A model generated the notes under the pieces. The model saw only the letters and a list, made by a program, of their open reading frames with translations. It was not told the origin of the DNA and did no database searches. The position numbers and the translations under genes were made by a program. From Paramicrosporidium saccamoebae KSL3 (taxonomy: Eukaryota > Fungi > Cryptomycota), in the NCBI GenBank assembly GCA_002794465.1, contig MTSL01000057.1, positions 473-12,277 on the forward strand: DNA of 11,805 bases, given 5' to 3'. Positions 8,701 through 11,805 of the stretch are shown piece by piece. Position 1 is the first letter of the stretch. Each line of letters starts with the position of its first letter.

Positions 8701-10530
8701 AATAATATGACGTTATTGCAGACAGGGACATCGATTCCCTCCTGCAGAACACTGGTTGAAATTAGCAACTTGTGTTCGCCAGTGCGAAACTTTTGCAAAA
8801 CTGGCGACTGGTGATCAGCCCACGACATGCCGTCAAGCTGTCCTGCGCTTTGACCAACAAAAAAGGTAGGCTTCCATTTTGTATCAATCCCTTCATGGTC
8901 GACCAAAACACGACAGAGGTACCGAGCAGTCTTTTTAGTTTGTACAAATACAATGGCTCTCGTCGTGTCATTCACCTCGATACTCGAGAGCACGGAAAAA
9001 AGAGTGGATACTTTATCGGAGAGAGAATCGGCGCCCTTGATCGTCTGCAAAAACGTAGATGCTGTCTCGGAAGAGTTTGCTGACAGCAACTCTTGAATAT
9101 AGATGCGAGCATATTTGGGACCCAGAATGCTGTTCAACTCTTCGGCAGTGAATATCTGTTGGATCTGTAAAAGCAGTCCTACGGCGTCATTGTTCTTTGA
9201 ATCGTGTGCCTTGGCTATGAGCGATCTCAAAAGACCGCGAGCCTGGCCTGTTCCATCTAGTTTGTCAATGCCTACTGTCCACGGCAACTCCATTTTTTCC
9301 CGAATCGTTTTTATAAGACCTTTACAATAGTCCAAAATTGCGCTGGCCATCTCACGACATTCGTCGGTAGTCTCCACAGTGTGGAATGTAATAGACGGCC
9401 TATTGATTGTCTCCATCAAATCTTTCCAAAAAATAAAAGGCATAAAGATCTGGGCTTCCATCAGGTCACACAAGATTCCCAATCCAACATTCATCGAAAC
9501 TGGGTCGCCTGAAACTGGAGATGCCGACAGACCGAGAAGAAGAGGTCGATACTTGACATCGGTGGTCCTGTAGCATCGATTAACGAGCACAGAATATGGA
9601 TGGTTCTTGACAGTATGGTGCACTTCATCCAAAACAAGCAGACTGACATCTTCCAGTCTAAGATATTTACCCTGAATCCAATTGATGAGAACTTGCGCAG
9701 TCACGACAATGGCATCGTGATCTCGAAGCTTCTTTAACGAAATCTCATCACTGTTCTCTCCTACAACAATGAGGTCTTTAATGGGCAGTACCACACGCAA
9801 TAAGCACGCTCAAGCTAGTCTGCTCGCTGAAATATTGGCCTTGCTGGAATGCCAACGGCACTCGTTCTACAACAAAAAGGACGATTTTTGCGGGATTGAG
9901 GCGATGCATAAAGCTTGCCAGCATTGCAGCAATCAGAGTCTTACCAGCACCAGTTGGTAGATACACAACAGTGTTCCGTTGTGCGGCATTCACAAAACAC
10001 TCGATCTGATACGGCCTCGGCTTATCGCGCGCCAACTCGCGCAGAACAACCTGGGCAAGGTCGGGGATAGTTGGAATGTAAACCGGCGTTGCATGTGTCG
10101 CAAGGTCATACACCTCACCCTTTCCAAGAGTTTCTGAATAGCCTCTTTCTATAATCCCAGGCACAAAACGCTTGACGGTAGCCCATTTTCCCGCAAACTC
10201 TCGGTCACCTTGTCTTAGGGTGGTCACGGTGCTCCGAAAGCAACACGTATTCTCTCGTCGAAACCCTATGACGTTCATACTGCCAATAATTTCCTGGCAG
10301 ACTACACATCCGACTTCATGAGACGATATGGGCCGCCTTTTTTCATCAGATTGTGGGGCCAGGAAGACTGGGGAGCTTGGCTCGGAGAAAAATGCATCTT
10401 GGCATTCAAGCCGTATACAAAGATTCAACCCATTGCCTTGATTACTGAAGAAACAGAGCATGTCCGCCGTAATCAATGTGGACCGACATTTGTTACAAAC
10501 AAGATGCGTGCTGTGGGGCTCTACATTCAT
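2764..10530 (-). CDS. Multidomain RNAi protein, ~2566 aa: Zn domain + RIG-I/Dicer-family DExH helicase + eukaryotic RNA-dependent RNA polymerase + nucleotidyltransferase-like domain + C-terminal beta-rich domain
   Basis: Exons 10530-9792 (739 nt), 9760-5244 (4517 nt) and 5208-2764 (2445 nt) total 7701 nt, or 2566 aa plus stop. Junction 1 gives SVLIAC-G-ENSDEI inside the first RecA lobe. Junction 2 gives RRIME|IVSTKLK...AKASAWYYVTYH...VLSFPWI, the conserved C-terminal head motif of cellular RdRPs, in frame with the 768-aa ORF. Confidence 0.9.
4170..4910 (-). other. Pol-beta-superfamily nucleotidyltransferase of Cid1/TUTase/Trf4 type plus PAP-associated-like helices, probably catalytically degenerate
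   Basis: CIELSGS-x10-DIN (GS at 4816-4821, DIN at 4777-4785) parallels the family motif FGS-x10-DxD. IVLVLLRWARAQTL...GKMSSLSLALCAL parallels LxxxxKxWAkxxgl...GxLSSYxLxLM. DLGECVLKILHHFAF parallels SLGxLLxxFFxYY. Confidence 0.7.
5040..8395 (-). other. Full-length eukaryotic RNAi RdRP (RDR/QDE-1/EGO-1 family) with N-terminal accessory region, catalytic core and head
   Basis: LTPTRL...NRILR...FLRVHFRDED; YEFLAMSSSQLRDHGCWF; KYVARLGHSLS; YSDGIGMI; AFQIRFAGFKGVL; RPSMQKF; LNRQ; MGVIDETGTL; KNPCMHPGD; catalytic CSGSDLDGDLYFVTWD (DLDGD at 5868-5882); AVDFPKTG; KASAWY; LSFPW. Confidence 0.97.
5209..5243 (-). other. Spliceosomal intron, 35 nt, phase 0 (RdRP-fusion intron 2)
   Basis: GTACGT...CTCATTTTGTAG; removal restores the conserved RdRP head motif and links to the nucleotidyltransferase exon. 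Confidence 0.92.
8560..10026 (-). other. SF2 DExH helicase of the RIG-I/Dicer/DRH family, with insertion domain
   Basis: Q motif PRPYQ; motif I LPTGAGKT (~9937-9960); Ia VERVPLAFQQ; Ib VVTAQVL; II DEVHH (9615-9629); KNHPY; III GLSASP; IV AIVFVQTKKTA; V STSVLQEGIDVPVCN; VI FIQSRGRAR (~8648-8675). All motifs are intact. Confidence 0.95.
9761..9791 (-). other. Spliceosomal intron, 31 nt, phase 1 (RdRP-fusion intron 1)
   Basis: GTACTG...CTCATTGTTGTAG; removal joins helicase motifs Q/I/Ia to Ib/II. Confidence 0.92.
10165..10509 (-). other. N-terminal Zn-binding domain, RLR-CTR/Yippee/CULT-like fold
   Basis: Two CxxC pairs (HLVCNKCRSTLI at C12/C15; HEVGCVVCQEIIG at C75/C78) separated by beta-type segments, ending in GKWATV. 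This recalls RIG-I CTD LLCRKC...IFC..NC..DWG...SKWKDF. Recognised by eye only. Confidence 0.6.
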
Positions 10531-10897
10531 TGATCAAGGAGAGATCGTTTGACAGCCCATGTCATCTTTTAAAAGAATTAAAGAATCATTTATTAGCAAG
10601 CCACTATATGAGGCAATCTAGTTTATGTAGAACAGTATCCACTGTTCATTGGTGATCCCAACCCTGTGGTGATAGCATTGTCACCTAGTGAGGAAGATGC
10701 TAAAACATGGCTACAGTGTCAATCTGTTCACTTCTCCGCCTCTGAATCTTCTTTTCATGTTTGATCTGCCACGTATCACCACGTTAATCTACGGTTCTTT
10801 AGCCTTTTACTCAACAGTTTGCATATTCAGAAACCTCGGTCAGATGGATACAAATGATGGCTTAATCAGCGTCTTGGATATGCCAGCTTGGGTATCG

Positions 10898-10906
10898 AAA
10901 ACAAAA
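10898..10906 (-). terminator. Pol III terminator (TTTTGTTTT)
   Basis: Two T4 runs at and immediately after the 5S 3' end. Confidence 0.75.
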
Positions 10907-11022
10907 CTACGACACGAGGTATTCCCGCGTGGTCTCCCACCGCAGTACTAACCTCGCCATTGCATGCTTAACTTCCGGGATCGGACGAGACCGGGTGCTT
11001 TCATACATGTATGGCCGTAGCT
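10904..11022 (-). rRNA. 5S rRNA: 5S rRNA gene, single dispersed copy, 119 nt
   Basis: AGCTACGGCCATAC...CCCGGTCTCGTCCGATCCCGGAAGTTAAGC...GGTTAGTACTGCGGTGGGAGACCACGCGGGAATACCTCGTGTCGTAGTTT. Helices I, II (with bulged A63), IV (GAGA tetraloop) and V all pair when checked by hand. Confidence 0.97.
10926..10973 (-). promoter_or_regulatory. Pol III type 1 internal control region (box A, intermediate element, box C) of the 5S gene
   Basis: AGTTAAGC at +50 and GGTGGGAGACC at about +82 to +92, the canonical ICR positions. Confidence 0.75.
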
Positions 11023-11095
11023 GACAATACATATGTGAATAGTTTACATTCAATTCCTAAATAGTTGTTACAGCTGATGAACTTTGGACTCGCAA

Positions 11096-11652
11096 ATGAC
11101 CCAGGCGTTCGGTCAACACTTACTTCGCTCGTCCGAGATATTTTTCCGCTCTGCACTGTCCGTCGGCTTTGTCAACCTAAAGCCCATCCTTCCGGGACGT
11201 ATTATTGATGTTAAGACTAAGAGTAGATGTCCTGGTAATACCACGGAGGGTGGTGCACAGATTCACCGATTTGACACCAGAGGAAGTATCGGACCTCTTT
11301 GTCTCTGCCCAGCGGATAGCTCGTGTGGTTGAGCGTGAATATGGGGGAAGTTCATTGACTATTGCCATCCAAGACGGTCCTGAGGCCGGACAATCGGTCC
11401 ACGTATGCTCTGCTGAGTTTTTTAAATTCTAGCACGTACATGTCCACATATTGCCACGAAAGAAGGGCGATTTTGCTAAAAACGACGACATTTATGACGA
11501 GGTATCCAATCACCTACTGGCGCTGACAATAGCTAAATTCATGGAACAAGTTGGATAACGATGCGAGGAAACCCAGGACGCAGGAAGAAATGTCCCGTGA
11601 GGCGTCACATCTCTATCGTCATTTCCAAACCGATCAGGATTTAAAGAAATGA
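11096..11652 (+). CDS. FHIT: Fhit/Hnt2 bis(5'-adenosyl)-triphosphatase (HIT family), 4 exons, ~155 aa
   Basis: Exons 11096-11198, 11227-11402, 11433-11501 and 11533-11652 give [19 protein letters not shown]...[17 protein letters not shown]...[36 protein letters not shown]...RKPRTQEEM. The HxHxH triad and the Fhit-specific [12 protein letters not shown] and ND.IY.EL motifs are present. Confidence 0.95.
11199..11226 (+). other. Spliceosomal intron, 28 nt (FHIT intron 1)
   Basis: GTATTA...ACTAAG-AGTAG; removal restores PG-H-VLV. Confidence 0.92.
11403..11432 (+). other. Spliceosomal intron, 30 nt, phase 0 (FHIT intron 2)
   Basis: GTATGC...TTCTAG; removal restores QSVH|HVHVHIL, and the terminal TAG is an in-frame stop if retained. 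Confidence 0.92.
11502..11532 (+). other. Spliceosomal intron, 31 nt, phase 0 (FHIT intron 3)
   Basis: GTATCC...GCTGAC-AATAG; removal gives IYDE|[10 protein letters not shown]. Confidence 0.85.
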
Positions 11653-11805
11653 AGAGTCTGTAACAAGGGTAAAGGGCCTCAGATTTATATATGTATGTAT
11701 GAGATCCGTAATAAGGCCCTTTATTAGAATCCTTGAGCCGTAGCTATACTGTCCCACCATTTGCGTGTGGGTTAGTAATAAGACCCTTTTGGATTTTTGG
11801 ACTTT

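Noticed and set aside
5190-9800. The 1536-aa ORF as a complete protein
   Set aside because: Its first 13 residues lie upstream of the exon 2 acceptor (intron and out-of-frame exon 1 sequence) and its last 17 are intron read-through. It lacks helicase motifs Q/I, which are in the 250-aa ORF.
409-9960. Numerous 60-154 aa antisense or alternate-frame ORFs (e.g. 409-873, 615-995, 2498-2914, 4355-4666, 5827-6240)
   Set aside because: They lie wholly or largely over well-supported genes, mostly start at non-ATG codons and show no motifs; they are shadow ORFs.
8560-10026. Calling the gene Dicer, or a bona fide RIG-I-like receptor
   Set aside because: No RNase III signature, PAZ or CARD-like region is recognisable; the helicase is followed by an RdRP.
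2764-10530. Low intron density of the RdRP gene as evidence of horizontal acquisition
   Set aside because: Neighbouring CDC4 has no introns in 1.5 kb, and I saw no obvious compositional shift; a phylogeny would be needed.
10559-10764. Spliced plus-strand mini-gene (MSSFKRIKESFISKPLYE + YPLFIGDP...)
   Set aside because: It needs a 23-nt GC-CAG intron unlike all others here, its ATG is only 28 bp from the divergent RdRP ATG, and the product is unrecognisable.
10688-10951. 87-aa plus-strand ORF and the TACTAAC at 10946-10952 as a branch point
   Set aside because: The ORF overlaps the 5S gene antisense, and TACTAAC is just the complement of the conserved 5S GTTAGTA.
11640-11700. U5 snRNA-like ATAAATCT...GCCCTTTAC on the minus strand
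   Set aside because: The loop differs from the invariant GCCUUUUAC, the stem geometry is wrong and there is no downstream Sm site on that strand.
1-11805. CRISPR array, tRNA or prokaryotic operon signals
   Set aside because: No repeat-spacer array or cloverleaf was seen, and the window is clearly eukaryotic with spliceosomal introns.

Overview
A very gene-dense eukaryotic window. It has six features separated by 8-373 bp and nine predicted 28-35 nt GT-AG introns, as expected in a compacted genome (plausibly an early-diverging fungus or rozellid/microsporidian relative; taxonomy is inference). Left to right: a 4-exon DPB4/POLE3-like histone-fold gene (+, 235-870); an intronless Cdc4/FBXW7-like F-box-WD40 gene (+, 911-2467); a 68-aa coiled-coil orphan (-); one 3-exon giant gene (-, 10530-2764, ~2566 aa); a single dispersed 5S rRNA gene (-, 11022-10904); and a 4-exon FHIT/HNT2 gene (+, 11096-11652). 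The ORF track splits the giant gene into 250, 1536 and 768 aa pieces, but two short introns (9761-9791, 5209-5243) join them in frame through conserved motifs. The product reads: RIG-I-CTD-like Zn domain / RIG-I-Dicer-family DExH helicase / complete eukaryotic RNAi RdRP with intact DLDGD / Cid1-TUTase-like nucleotidyltransferase with a degraded active site / a beta-rich C-terminal domain with remnant Cet1-type triphosphate-tunnel motifs (speculative). It resembles an RdRP complex encoded as one polypeptide and is the main candidate novel system. All calls come from reading motifs by eye; no database search was run.
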